The notes under the pieces: model-generated
Told to the model about the DNA's origin: nothing
The model's database searches: none
The model's input: only the letters and a program-made list of their open reading frames with translations
IMG/VR virus record: IMGVR_UViG_3300027917_000057
Coordinates: 1 to 53,635 of that record
From: a virus
Taxonomy: Duplodnaviria; Caudoviricetes
Direction: 5' to 3' (one strand)
DNA length: 53,635 bases
Program-made: the position numbers and the translations under genes
Shown here: in pieces, positions 28,123 through 36,510 of the stretch
Numbering within the stretch: the stretch's first letter is position 1
How the letters are laid out: each line of letters begins with the position of its first letter

Positions 28123-30168
28123 TTACTTGGCTTGTCCCCATGAGTTCCCCACTCCTGCTTCGGCCGTCAGAGGGCAGGCCAGTTCTGATGTGAATGGGTG
28201 GGCCATCATGTCTTCGATGAGGGCCTTCACCTCTTCCGTCGTTTCCTCCGGGGCCTCGAACACCAACTCATCATGGATCTGCAGCAGCATGTAGGCGCCG
28301 TAGTGGTAGTCCAGCGCCATGGCATCCAGATTGAGCTGCGCCATCTTGGTCACGTCTGCTGCCGACCCCTGGATCTGGGTGTTCACTGCGAGGCGTTCAC
28401 CCAACGCTTGTTCATCCTTTCGATACGAAGAGATCATTGGGATGTTGCGTCGGCGCCCTAGGACAGTGAAGGCGTAGCCGTACTTCTTCCCCTCCTCGAC
28501 GGCCTCTGTGAAGAAGCGGTCGACTGCGGGGTAGGTCTCTTTGTAGGTCCTGATCTTGTCCTGCGCTTCTCTAAGGCTAGAGTTGATCTGCTTGCTAAGC
28601 TTGCCCGCACCCATACCGTAGTTGAGCCCGAAGCCGATGCTCTTCGCGTCATTTCTGGCTTTCAGGCACTCACGCACGTAGGCCATGACACCGTCTACGC
28701 TGAAGCCGTAGCGGTTTTGAATCGCCTCGATCCCACCGGACAGGCTTTGCTGCACCAGTACCAGAACCTCTTCTGGAGTTAGCTCGCCCTTCTTGATCTT
28801 CTTGTCGATGACGTTCTTGCAGTAGTCAATATGCTCGTACTCGATGTCGAACATCAGACTGGCGTTGCCCTGATGAATGTCCCAGCCTCTGCGGAAGATA
28901 TCGATCATCGATTCCTCCATAGCGGCTGCGGACAGAAGACGCATCTCCAGCTGAGAGTAGTCAGCTGCCAGGATCTTGTTGCCCGGAGTGGTGATAAACG
29001 CTTCCCGGATCCCCCACTTGTCGTTCTCTGGCCGGGGAATGTTCTGCAGGTTGGGGTTGGAGCTAGAAAGACGGCCGGTGCGTGCCACGTCTTGATTGAA
29101 CGTGGAGTGGATGCGCCCATTGGGGTCTCGAACGTCTAGGAGCCCTACCAAGTAGGTACCGTGCAGCTTGGAGTACTCACGATGGGTCAGCACTAGCTCT
29201 GCGGCCAAGACCTCATTCTTGTAGTGCTCCAAGAACTCGCTATCTACGCTGGCTTGCTGGACGCCGGTCTTCCCACCCTTGGTTTTCCTCAGCGGTTCGA
29301 GGCCCAGTTCATCGATGAAGTACTCTCGCATCTGCGGCGTGCTGTTGATGTTGAGCATCCTGCCCACGGTTTTGACGATCTCTCGTCCTATCCGGTTGAT
29401 TTCAGCCTCTGCCTCAGGACGGGCTTTTTCTAGACGGTTCACGTCGATGAGGATCCCCCGACGTTCCATCTTCCAGAGGACCTTGGTGAAAGGGACCTCG
29501 ATCTTGTGAAAGTAGTCCCACAGGGTGTTGATATAGGGTGGTTCGTCGCTGAAGAGAGAGTGGGTGAATGAGCTCTCTAGCTGCTTTCGGAGCTCATGGA
29601 ATATGAGCAGAGTGCCCCAGGCATCATTGGCCGCGTATTCGACAAGTAGGTTGAAGTTCTCGCTCTCGGCTCTTTTGATGAGCTGTTCTGCGGACTGCTT
29701 CTTCCCGATCTTCCCGAAGGTGTCTTGGAAGTCAGCCCAGGTCCAGCCAAGGATGTGCTGCGCTATGAACTTCAGTCGGTGCGGCTTGTCTTCGTACAGA
29801 AGAGAGTGCATCACCTGTACGCAGTTGAGCCTACCTGCCAAGTTGATCCCCACGTTAGCGAGAATGTGCGCGTCGTACTTGGCGTTCGCGAGAATCCAAT
29901 CCTTCTTGGAGTCTGCGAAGGCCTCCATGAAGTACGGAAGGAGCTCAGCGTTTAGGGTGGCTCTCCTATTCGTGCCCCAGGCTAGCGACCAGTAGAGGGG
30001 TATGTCCCGCCAGTTCACCAAGCCCGTAGTCTCGGTGTCGATGGCCACGTAGCGCTCAGCAGCGACTTCTCGGATTATGTTCTCGAGTCTCTCGCCAGTA
30101 TAGGGGCAGGTCGTGTACCCAGGGCCGAAGTACATGGTCGTGGGTAGATCGATGTTCCATCCTGTCAT
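28123..30168 (-). CDS. polA: Family A DNA polymerase with 3'-5' exonuclease domain
   Basis: Exo motifs DTETTG, NAKYD, YAAND; TGRLSSSNPNLQNIP; motif A DYSQLEMR; motif B AKSIGFGLNYG; motif C QIHDEL. Confidence 0.97.
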   Translation of the reverse strand: MTGWNIDLPTTMYFGPGYTTCPYTGERLENIIREVAAERYVAIDTETTGLVNWRDIPLYWSLAWGTNRRATLNAELLPYFMEAFADSKKDWILANAKYDAHILANVGINLAGRLNCVQVMHSLLYEDKPHRLKFIAQHILGWTWADFQDTFGKIGKKQSAEQLIKRAESENFNLLVEYAANDAWGTLLIFHELRKQLESSFTHSLFSDEPPYINTLWDYFHKIEVPFTKVLWKMERRGILIDVNRLEKARPEAEAEINRIGREIVKTVGRMLNINSTPQMREYFIDELGLEPLRKTKGGKTGVQQASVDSEFLEHYKNEVLAAELVLTHREYSKLHGTYLVGLLDVRDPNGRIHSTFNQDVARTGRLSSSNPNLQNIPRPENDKWGIREAFITTPGNKILAADYSQLEMRLLSAAAMEESMIDIFRRGWDIHQGNASLMFDIEYEHIDYCKNVIDKKIKKGELTPEEVLVLVQQSLSGGIEAIQNRYGFSVDGVMAYVRECLKARNDAKSIGFGLNYGMGAGKLSKQINSSLREAQDKIRTYKETYPAVDRFFTEAVEEGKKYGYAFTVLGRRRNIPMISSYRKDEQALGERLAVNTQIQGSAADVTKMAQLNLDAMALDYHYGAYMLLQIHDELVFEAPEETTEEVKALIEDMMAHPFTSELACPLTAEAGVGNSWGQAK

Positions 30169-30177
30169 TGGACACCT

Positions 30178-30203
30178 ACCCGCCCCCCGAAGGGGGGGCG
30201 GGT
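30178..30203 (-). promoter_or_regulatory. Very stable hairpin immediately upstream of the polymerase RBS
   Basis: ACCCGCCCCCC-CTTC-GGGGGGCGGGT on the minus strand, abutting AGGTG and the ATG. Confidence 0.5.
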
Positions 30204-30218
30204 CCTGTTGATGCCCCG

Positions 30219-31643
30219 TTACTTCGGGGGCTGACGGACGCTAGGCATCCCTGCGAGCCCCGGCATGCTGGGGAACGAAGGAATGGGCGCGGGTTGTGGC
30301 GAGGTCCCCACCGGAGCTGCAGGAGCTGCGGGAGGCGCAAAGCCGGGAGCGGGCTGCATACCAGGCAGACGTAGGGACTGTCCTCCCCCGAAGCCAGTAG
30401 GAGCCGCTGCTGTGGGTTGCGGCGGCGCCAAGGGGTTCGGAGCTGCAGGGGGCGGAGCTTGGTATACGGGCTGTTGTGGCGGTTGGTACATGGGTTGCTG
30501 ATGAACCTGGGCCTGCACGGGAGGGGCCGGGTTCCTGTCTTCTGCTGTAGCCGTGCCCCACCACTCTGCCTGCTTATCCAGCGGTGCGGGCTTGAACTTT
30601 GCCAGGAGGTCCAACGGCTGGATCGATGCCAGAATCTGCGGGTCCTCGACCTGGATGGGCCGCGGCTCGCTACGGTTGAGGATCTGAAGGAACGTCTGCT
30701 GCCCCTTGGTCCCAACCGATGTGATCTGGAGGTCCACATCGAAGATGGAGGCGCGCTTTCCTGCACCGCAGGCGGAGCAGTTGACGACCTCTATGGGGTA
30801 GCCGTTGAACCCGCACTGACACTGGTGCGGATTGTTGTCGATCTGAGCACGTTGCTCGGGGGTGAGCGTGGTGTTGGTATCGTAGACCACTCCACCGCAG
30901 TTGGCGCAGTTGCGGCTGATGAACTGGATAGCGCCTCGGGTCCCGCAGTTAGCGCAGTCCTGCATGATGTAGTCGTTGTTGCTCAGCAGCGTGTCCTTGT
31001 ACGTTTCCCCCATCGGCCACGCAATGAGATGTCCGTACTTGGACTCGCACCCAGCGTAGCGAGGGTCGTTCTCCTGCCCCATGACCCAATCCATCCGAGG
31101 CTGGCCTTGCTGATCGACCACGGTGCGCCCCTGTCCGTCCTTCCTAGGGGCGTTGTACCAGAGGCCGTAGTCCCACCAGGTGAAGGCGTACATGTCACGC
31201 ATAGAGATGCGATTGGGGCCCTTGGTGCGATCCCCTGCCGCCCTCTTCTGAGATCGGATGCTGTAGTCCTCCCAGAAGATGTCGCAGCCGTGGCATGGGT
31301 TGCGTAAGGAGCGGTTGCGGAACAGAGGACCTGCGGAGCAGATGCCCCCACGTCCTACCTGGCCACCCATGTAGTGCTCCTTGAACATGACGTACTCGTA
31401 CATGACCTGCTCGACCGTCTGATCGTCGAAACTCACTTCCTGCACGTATTGCCCAGGGATGAGTCGGCCGAAGCGGGCGTGGTTCGTTGGAACCTTGAAG
31501 GTGTCCTTCCAGTAGGGAGCACCCCCGCCCCCTCCTCGCGGACGGTTCTGTCGAGCATTCGACAGATGACGGGCACGCTGACTGAGGTTGCCACCGTAGG
31601 GGACTACGCGACCGAGTTGCTCGGGGTTCTTTCCGAATGCCAT
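30219..31643 (-). CDS. Putative single-stranded DNA-binding protein (gp32-like position) with Zn-finger insertions and a Pro-rich tail
   Basis: Lies between primase and polymerase; EHY...ICSAG...PCHGC; several CxxC pairs; P/A/Q-rich C-terminus. Confidence 0.5.
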   Translation of the reverse strand: MAFGKNPEQLGRVVPYGGNLSQRARHLSNARQNRPRGGGGGAPYWKDTFKVPTNHARFGRLIPGQYVQEVSFDDQTVEQVMYEYVMFKEHYMGGQVGRGGICSAGPLFRNRSLRNPCHGCDIFWEDYSIRSQKRAAGDRTKGPNRISMRDMYAFTWWDYGLWYNAPRKDGQGRTVVDQQGQPRMDWVMGQENDPRYAGCESKYGHLIAWPMGETYKDTLLSNNDYIMQDCANCGTRGAIQFISRNCANCGGVVYDTNTTLTPEQRAQIDNNPHQCQCGFNGYPIEVVNCSACGAGKRASIFDVDLQITSVGTKGQQTFLQILNRSEPRPIQVEDPQILASIQPLDLLAKFKPAPLDKQAEWWGTATAEDRNPAPPVQAQVHQQPMYQPPQQPVYQAPPPAAPNPLAPPQPTAAAPTGFGGGQSLRLPGMQPAPGFAPPAAPAAPVGTSPQPAPIPSFPSMPGLAGMPSVRQPPK

Positions 31644-31647
31644 GTGT

Positions 31648-32661
31648 TTACTCCTGTTGGGCGATCGTGCCCATCTTCTTTTCCAGCCATGTTGTGTAGG
31701 GGACAGCCTTCGTGAACTGCTCTAGAACTTCGTCTTGTTCCAGGCTGTCTGGTTGCGCTTCGTCTACTTCTTCTAACCGCTTTGGGTATTCGACGACGAG
31801 GGTATCGACGCTTCGGGTGAGTGCCGCGCTGGCTTTTGAAACGCCATCAATCCCCGCGTTGTTGTTGTCCAGGAAGAGGTACACCGGCACCCCGAGCCTT
31901 TCAAGGATCCACTGCTGCTCCCAGGACAGATAACTTCCTAGGAGACCGACCACGTTCGTTATGCCGGCTTGATGCACCCACATGCAGGCCTTGAAGCCTT
32001 CCACGACAGCCACGAATGCAGTGCTGGGGTTCAGCTGAAGAGTGGCGGGGTAGACCGCGTGGGCGTTGTAGAGCAGCCCCCTCTTGTTCCAGTTGAGTCG
32101 TTCTGGGAGCCCCCACGTCTTGTACTCACGGTCGTAGATCTTGTATCGGGGCCAGGCTTCCGAGCTAATTGCCCGGCCGCTGATTCCGACTAAGTAGCCA
32201 CGTATGTCTCGCAGGGGGAAGGTGATCCTGTTGTGCCACTTGTCGAATCCGACCTCGAAGTGACGCAGCGTCTTATCCTCAAACCCTGCCTCGAGCAATG
32301 AGGTGGGGCACATGTCTAGGAGGCCTAGGAACGTCTCGTCGATGGGGAGCATCTCGAAGACGCCAGGCCGTGTAGGATCTGGAGGCTTGGGAGAGTTTTG
32401 CTTGGCGGCCTCTATGAGCGCGTCGTATCGGAGCTTGAGGGCCTGAGCACCCACTCCCATGTCCCGAAGGAACGTCCTCAAGGTCCCCCGTGCGTGGCAC
32501 GAGTGACAGAAGAACACTCCGTTGATCAGGCTCATTGCGAATGACGGTTTGCTCTCCTCGTGAAACGGGCACACCGCCATGATGTTTTCGGGGCCGGACC
32601 TCCTGACCTTGTCCAGGTATTGCTCAGCAAGGGAGTAAATCTCCCCGGAAATGTCCATCAT
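31648..32661 (-). CDS. DNA primase (CHC2 zinc finger + TOPRIM)
   Basis: CPFHEESKPSF...FFCHSC, RITFPLRD, VVEGFK, FLDNN. Confidence 0.92.
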   Translation of the reverse strand: MMDISGEIYSLAEQYLDKVRRSGPENIMAVCPFHEESKPSFAMSLINGVFFCHSCHARGTLRTFLRDMGVGAQALKLRYDALIEAAKQNSPKPPDPTRPGVFEMLPIDETFLGLLDMCPTSLLEAGFEDKTLRHFEVGFDKWHNRITFPLRDIRGYLVGISGRAISSEAWPRYKIYDREYKTWGLPERLNWNKRGLLYNAHAVYPATLQLNPSTAFVAVVEGFKACMWVHQAGITNVVGLLGSYLSWEQQWILERLGVPVYLFLDNNNAGIDGVSKASAALTRSVDTLVVEYPKRLEEVDEAQPDSLEQDEVLEQFTKAVPYTTWLEKKMGTIAQQE

Positions 32662-34031
32662 TAGGGCTCGTAGTCTGTCATCAAGTCTTTCACGGCTTCT
32701 GATTGTGACGGAGGCTTCTTCTTCTTTTTGCCCGCTGCCTCCTTGGTGTCGGCGTCGTCCTTGCGCATGGCCCTATCGGCCTCCTTCTGGGTGATCTCTT
32801 CGTCCTTCACTCCGAAGTTGATAGCCGGCACACCATAGATGCGAAAGCCGTTGAGCTTGAACCGCCTGGCCACGTTGCCCATGACCAGCGCGATGGTGTC
32901 GTCATCCTTTTCGTTGATGACGCGTATGAGATGAGTGCAGTCCTGCCCCAGCGAATCGCTGAATGCGATGTCTTCGGTGTTCGCGCCTTCATTCTGTGCG
33001 GCCTGCCGATTTGCCTGGACGGTCCCAATGACAGGGGTGTCGTAGTGCAGGATCATCTGCCGTAGGTCATTGGAGATATTCCGGACCCTGTCGTGCCGTT
33101 GCTTGGCGTGCTGCTGGTCCTTCATTAGGTAGAGGCCGTCGATGAACACTGCATCGGGCACGTACTTCTCCACCTTGCTCGAGAGCCACGCGACGGTGTC
33201 GTTTCCTCCTGGAGCATCTTTGGCTGAGAGGCATACGACCATGTGCGAGCTTCTGGCAGCCTGCAGAAAGTCCCTGATGTTGTAGACGGCCTCCCTCTCA
33301 TCCGGTACGAGACGGCCTGTAATGAACCTTTCGTAGTCCACCTGTGCAATGCAGCAGCCCACCCTCTCGAAGATTTCAATGGGTGGCATCTCTTTGGTAT
33401 AGATGAGGATGCGCTTGCCGTTCTCGAAGAACCAGGCGATGAGGAAGCACAGAATCCAACTCTTCATGCTCTTGGGCCGACCAAAAAACACGATGTAGTC
33501 GTGCTTCCGGATGCCCATAGTTTTGCGTTGGATGGGTGCCCAGGGCCACGGACAGACGGATACGTCTACCCCTGCGCCCACCATGTCCATCTCTTCAACG
33601 GCTGCACTGAAGCCGTCTGCAAAATGGACGTCGGTCTTCTTCGGGTTGCAGTCGTTCTGTAGGTCTGCTGCCTTTTGGTGCATCAAGGCTACAGCCCCCA
33701 TTGGGTCGGTCATCAGCATGTCGCCGAGCTCGACCAAGAGTTGCCTAGCCTGTGCTTTGATCCTGTTCGCCCTGACCTCCTGACACAGGGCTGCGAGAGT
33801 CATCCCCGGGTCATCGATGAGAGGGAAGTTGGGGTAGGCCTGAGCTAGTGCGCTGGGCCCCCACACCGCTCCCGCAGTAGAGGGTTGCTGGAAGTAGGCG
33901 AGCAGAGTGCCGTACATCGTTCGACCCTCTGCGGTAGTGAAGTCGGTATCTGTTATGCCCCACTCGATGACATCGCTGAGCTGGCCTGTACGGATGATAC
34001 GCGAGAGAAGCTGGTGCTCCCAGGAAGAGAT
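32661..34031 (-). CDS. DnaB-like replicative helicase, probably initiating at ATC 34031
   Basis: GRPKSMKS P-loop variant, TKEM, FIDGLYLM, QANR, SDSLGQD. The frame is open 38 codons upstream of ATG 33917 to an ATC preceded by AAAGGAGG. Confidence 0.85.
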   Translation of the reverse strand: MSSWEHQLLSRIIRTGQLSDVIEWGITDTDFTTAEGRTMYGTLLAYFQQPSTAGAVWGPSALAQAYPNFPLIDDPGMTLAALCQEVRANRIKAQARQLLVELGDMLMTDPMGAVALMHQKAADLQNDCNPKKTDVHFADGFSAAVEEMDMVGAGVDVSVCPWPWAPIQRKTMGIRKHDYIVFFGRPKSMKSWILCFLIAWFFENGKRILIYTKEMPPIEIFERVGCCIAQVDYERFITGRLVPDEREAVYNIRDFLQAARSSHMVVCLSAKDAPGGNDTVAWLSSKVEKYVPDAVFIDGLYLMKDQQHAKQRHDRVRNISNDLRQMILHYDTPVIGTVQANRQAAQNEGANTEDIAFSDSLGQDCTHLIRVINEKDDDTIALVMGNVARRFKLNGFRIYGVPAINFGVKDEEITQKEADRAMRKDDADTKEAAGKKKKKPPSQSEAVKDLMTDYEP

Positions 34032-34054
34032 GTGGCTACCCTCCTTTCTGAGGC

Positions 34055-34063
34055 TCTTATGCC
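34055..34063 (-). promoter_or_regulatory. GGCATAAGA promoter-like box (partial copy of the bipartite motif)
   Basis: Exact 9-mer shared with 39121 and 50467; the upstream box is degenerate; intergenic, upstream of the helicase. Confidence 0.55.
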
Positions 34064-34170
34064 GGCACGACGAGGCAGTTTCGGGGCTAGCAAACTAGAC
34101 CCCGAATGCGCCCACATCAAAGGGTTTGGTGGGCTGCCCAACGGCTTGGGCAGCAGTTATCGGGCCACCC

Positions 34171-34494
34171 CTACATCTGGGGGGCGTCTGGTGTGCCGCC
34201 GGCTACGAACTCTCCGAGTCCGCCGGAGGGAGCACTGCTCTCTTCACGGTGGGTAACCCCGGTGGTCATCGCCACATTCGCTATATCCTTCTCCATGCAG
34301 CGCACGAGTGCGGATAGGGCCACTGCGGTCTCGGCTGACCACACTACGCCGCCAGCCGGGACCCAGGCTCGCGTGTCTCCGATGGTCGGGTCCACCAGGG
34401 CGGCCAGTACGTTGACGTGCATGGGTTGCCGCATGAAGTCGAACTGCATCTGAGCAATTCGGAGCTCTCCCTCTTTCAGCGTTCCTTTGATCAT
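34171..34494 (-). CDS. Hypothetical protein
   Basis: 107 aa, TGATG-coupled. Confidence 0.6.
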   Translation of the reverse strand: MIKGTLKEGELRIAQMQFDFMRQPMHVNVLAALVDPTIGDTRAWVPAGGVVWSAETAVALSALVRCMEKDIANVAMTTGVTHREESSAPSGGLGEFVAGGTPDAPQM

Positions 34495-34823
34495 CAGTAG
34501 GGTCTTTCAAGTGCTGGAATCCCGATTGTATCGCTAGCCTCGTTGACCATCTCTAGGGCTTTCAGAAATCCGGCTTCGGTAGCCATTTGGATGTGCTGCT
34601 CGGTCTGTGGGCACGCGATGCTGACGAGCACTGAAACCTTTCCCTGTCCGTAGTCCAGGGAGTTGCTGGCCGTTACGTTGACGCGCGCTGGTTCGTATCC
34701 TGCTTCCTTCCAGGCGTGCGCTTGCTGGGCAAGGGCCGCGAAGGGGTCTCCGTTCAGGAGGCCCTCCTCTCTGGTCATGCCGTTGTGCTGCACAACCTTC
34801 TCCCACGTGCTGGGCGAGATCAT
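34494..34823 (-). CDS. Hypothetical protein
   Basis: Start placed at ATG 34823 (ATGA overlap). Confidence 0.6.
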   Translation of the reverse strand: MISPSTWEKVVQHNGMTREEGLLNGDPFAALAQQAHAWKEAGYEPARVNVTASNSLDYGQGKVSVLVSIACPQTEQHIQMATEAGFLKALEMVNEASDTIGIPALERPY

Positions 34824-35257
34824 ACGGCCACCACCACCGCTGGCGGAACGTGCCACCTAGTCTCGACCGTAGCGCAATCGTCCACCAGCTCCTGAGAAAC
34901 GAGACCTTTGGTGATGGCTATCTCCAGCGCCTTGCTATCTCCACCCGCCTCCTTCTTGTTTTTGACCCAGCCTCCAATTTCTAGGAAGCGGTCTCGGCCT
35001 ACAGAGGTCAGTAGCTTCTTCCAGTCGTACTTCTTGAAGGACTGGTAGGCATCGAAGTCACCGCACTTAACGCCTTCGGCGCGGACTGCCTTTTCGGCTG
35101 CTTCCCTCTTCTGGTTGTAGTCGTCAACCAGTGCGTCGTAGTGCTGGAAGAACTCAGGGTTTGCGTCTCTGAACGCCTGTAGCATCTCTTTGGACTGCTG
35201 AAACTCAGCGACCTCGGGGATCTCTTCTGGCTGCTTAGTCTGAATCGGAACCTGCAT
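34820..35257 (-). CDS. Hypothetical protein
   Basis: 145 aa, coding-like composition, within the operon. Confidence 0.6.
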   Translation of the reverse strand: MQVPIQTKQPEEIPEVAEFQQSKEMLQAFRDANPEFFQHYDALVDDYNQKREAAEKAVRAEGVKCGDFDAYQSFKKYDWKKLLTSVGRDRFLEIGGWVKNKKEAGGDSKALEIAITKGLVSQELVDDCATVETRWHVPPAVVVAV

Positions 35258-36107
35258 CCTGTGCCTCGTAGATGTCGTCTTCTGTGATCAAGTTCTCTAC
35301 GATGTTTTCTCCACTGACCTCTTGCAGGTAGCGGGAGTACATGTCGTAGACCTTCTTCATGCCTGTAGCAAAAAGATGACGAGGAGAACCTGGCCTCCTG
35401 TCCTTTGCGTGGTCCATCACATGGGTGGGATGGTAGAGCGCGATGAGCGGGTAGGTTACGGCGTTCGGCTCATAGGGTTGGATGAGCTGCCGGTTGTCCT
35501 TCGGCCCAACCCAGCGGGCCCACTTGTGCCCTACTGTAGTAAGGGACGGTCGGAAGGTAGCTCCGGGGACCTCCACTGTTTTGAGTAAGCCGCTGTCCTT
35601 CTGCAAAGTCACCGGGGTACGCAGTAGTGCCTCGGCGGCGCGTGCGCCAAGCGCGACAATCAGGATGGGGTCTACGAGGTAGATCTGCTCCATCAACCGC
35701 GCACGGCACGCATCGATCTGCAGTTGGTTCGGCGGTGCGTCTTTTCTCTGCTGTAGCTTGCTGCGGTACTCGAGTCGTGGGGAACCGTCAGGGTTGAACA
35801 CGTACTGCCAACTCCGACAGCACACCACGTTTGTCAGGTAGTAGCGCTTAAACCCTAGAACTGAAATCGTGCTGCGCAGGAAGTCTCCGCTGCGCCCGAC
35901 GAAAGGGCTGCCCTCTGTCTCTTCATCCCTGCCCGGCCCCTCACCAATGAACATGACCCCATGTGGGGTCCCTTCGCCGAACACGAAGGAACCCTCAATG
36001 GCGTCCCTCATCTGCCCTAGGTCACAGGCCTGGCAAGAGCTCCACTCCTGCTGAAGAACTGCCAGGGATTTCCTGGCGTCAGGACGTAGGGGGTTTGAAC
36101 CCTCCAT
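35235..36107 (-). CDS. Uracil-DNA glycosylase, family 4
   Basis: CQACDL, VFGEG...FIGEGPG.DE...GSPFVGRSG, YLTNVVCCR, LYHP. Confidence 0.9.
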   Translation of the reverse strand: MEGSNPLRPDARKSLAVLQQEWSSCQACDLGQMRDAIEGSFVFGEGTPHGVMFIGEGPGRDEETEGSPFVGRSGDFLRSTISVLGFKRYYLTNVVCCRSWQYVFNPDGSPRLEYRSKLQQRKDAPPNQLQIDACRARLMEQIYLVDPILIVALGARAAEALLRTPVTLQKDSGLLKTVEVPGATFRPSLTTVGHKWARWVGPKDNRQLIQPYEPNAVTYPLIALYHPTHVMDHAKDRRPGSPRHLFATGMKKVYDMYSRYLQEVSGENIVENLITEDDIYEAQDAGSDSD

Positions 36108-36510
36108 TGTAGTTACCTCCTCTAGGTATCTCGGTCGCTAGCGTTATGCCAGCACGGGCCGCTTTTGCGCGTTGGATCTCCTCGGTCTTGGCAGCGCGTG
36201 CCCCGTTGTACTTCAGCCTCTCGTCTGGGGTCATATCGCTGAAGAGCCGGAGAACGTGGATCTGCAGGAGAACCTCGACGAAGTCTTCGGCCCCATCAAT
36301 CAGGCACGGTAGGGAGATGGGGCTGGTAGCGACCCCCTGCGGGGTAGGTACGGCAACGATGGAAGGCCTGAGCTCAAAGCATTCGGTCATTCGACAGACG
36401 TCCCCGGGCTTGGCGTTGGCAGGAACCTTCCCGATGAAACGGGTACCTCCTGAGTGAACTATTGCGAGAACAGGTGCGTCAGGCTGGTTGGTGCTTGTCG
36501 GTTTGTCCAT
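36079..36510 (-). CDS. Hypothetical protein
   Basis: Start placed at ATG 36510; small beta-barrel-like pattern followed by a helix. Confidence 0.5.
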   Translation of the reverse strand: MDKPTSTNQPDAPVLAIVHSGGTRFIGKVPANAKPGDVCRMTECFELRPSIVAVPTPQGVATSPISLPCLIDGAEDFVEVLLQIHVLRLFSDMTPDERLKYNGARAAKTEEIQRAKAARAGITLATEIPRGGNYNGGFKPPTS

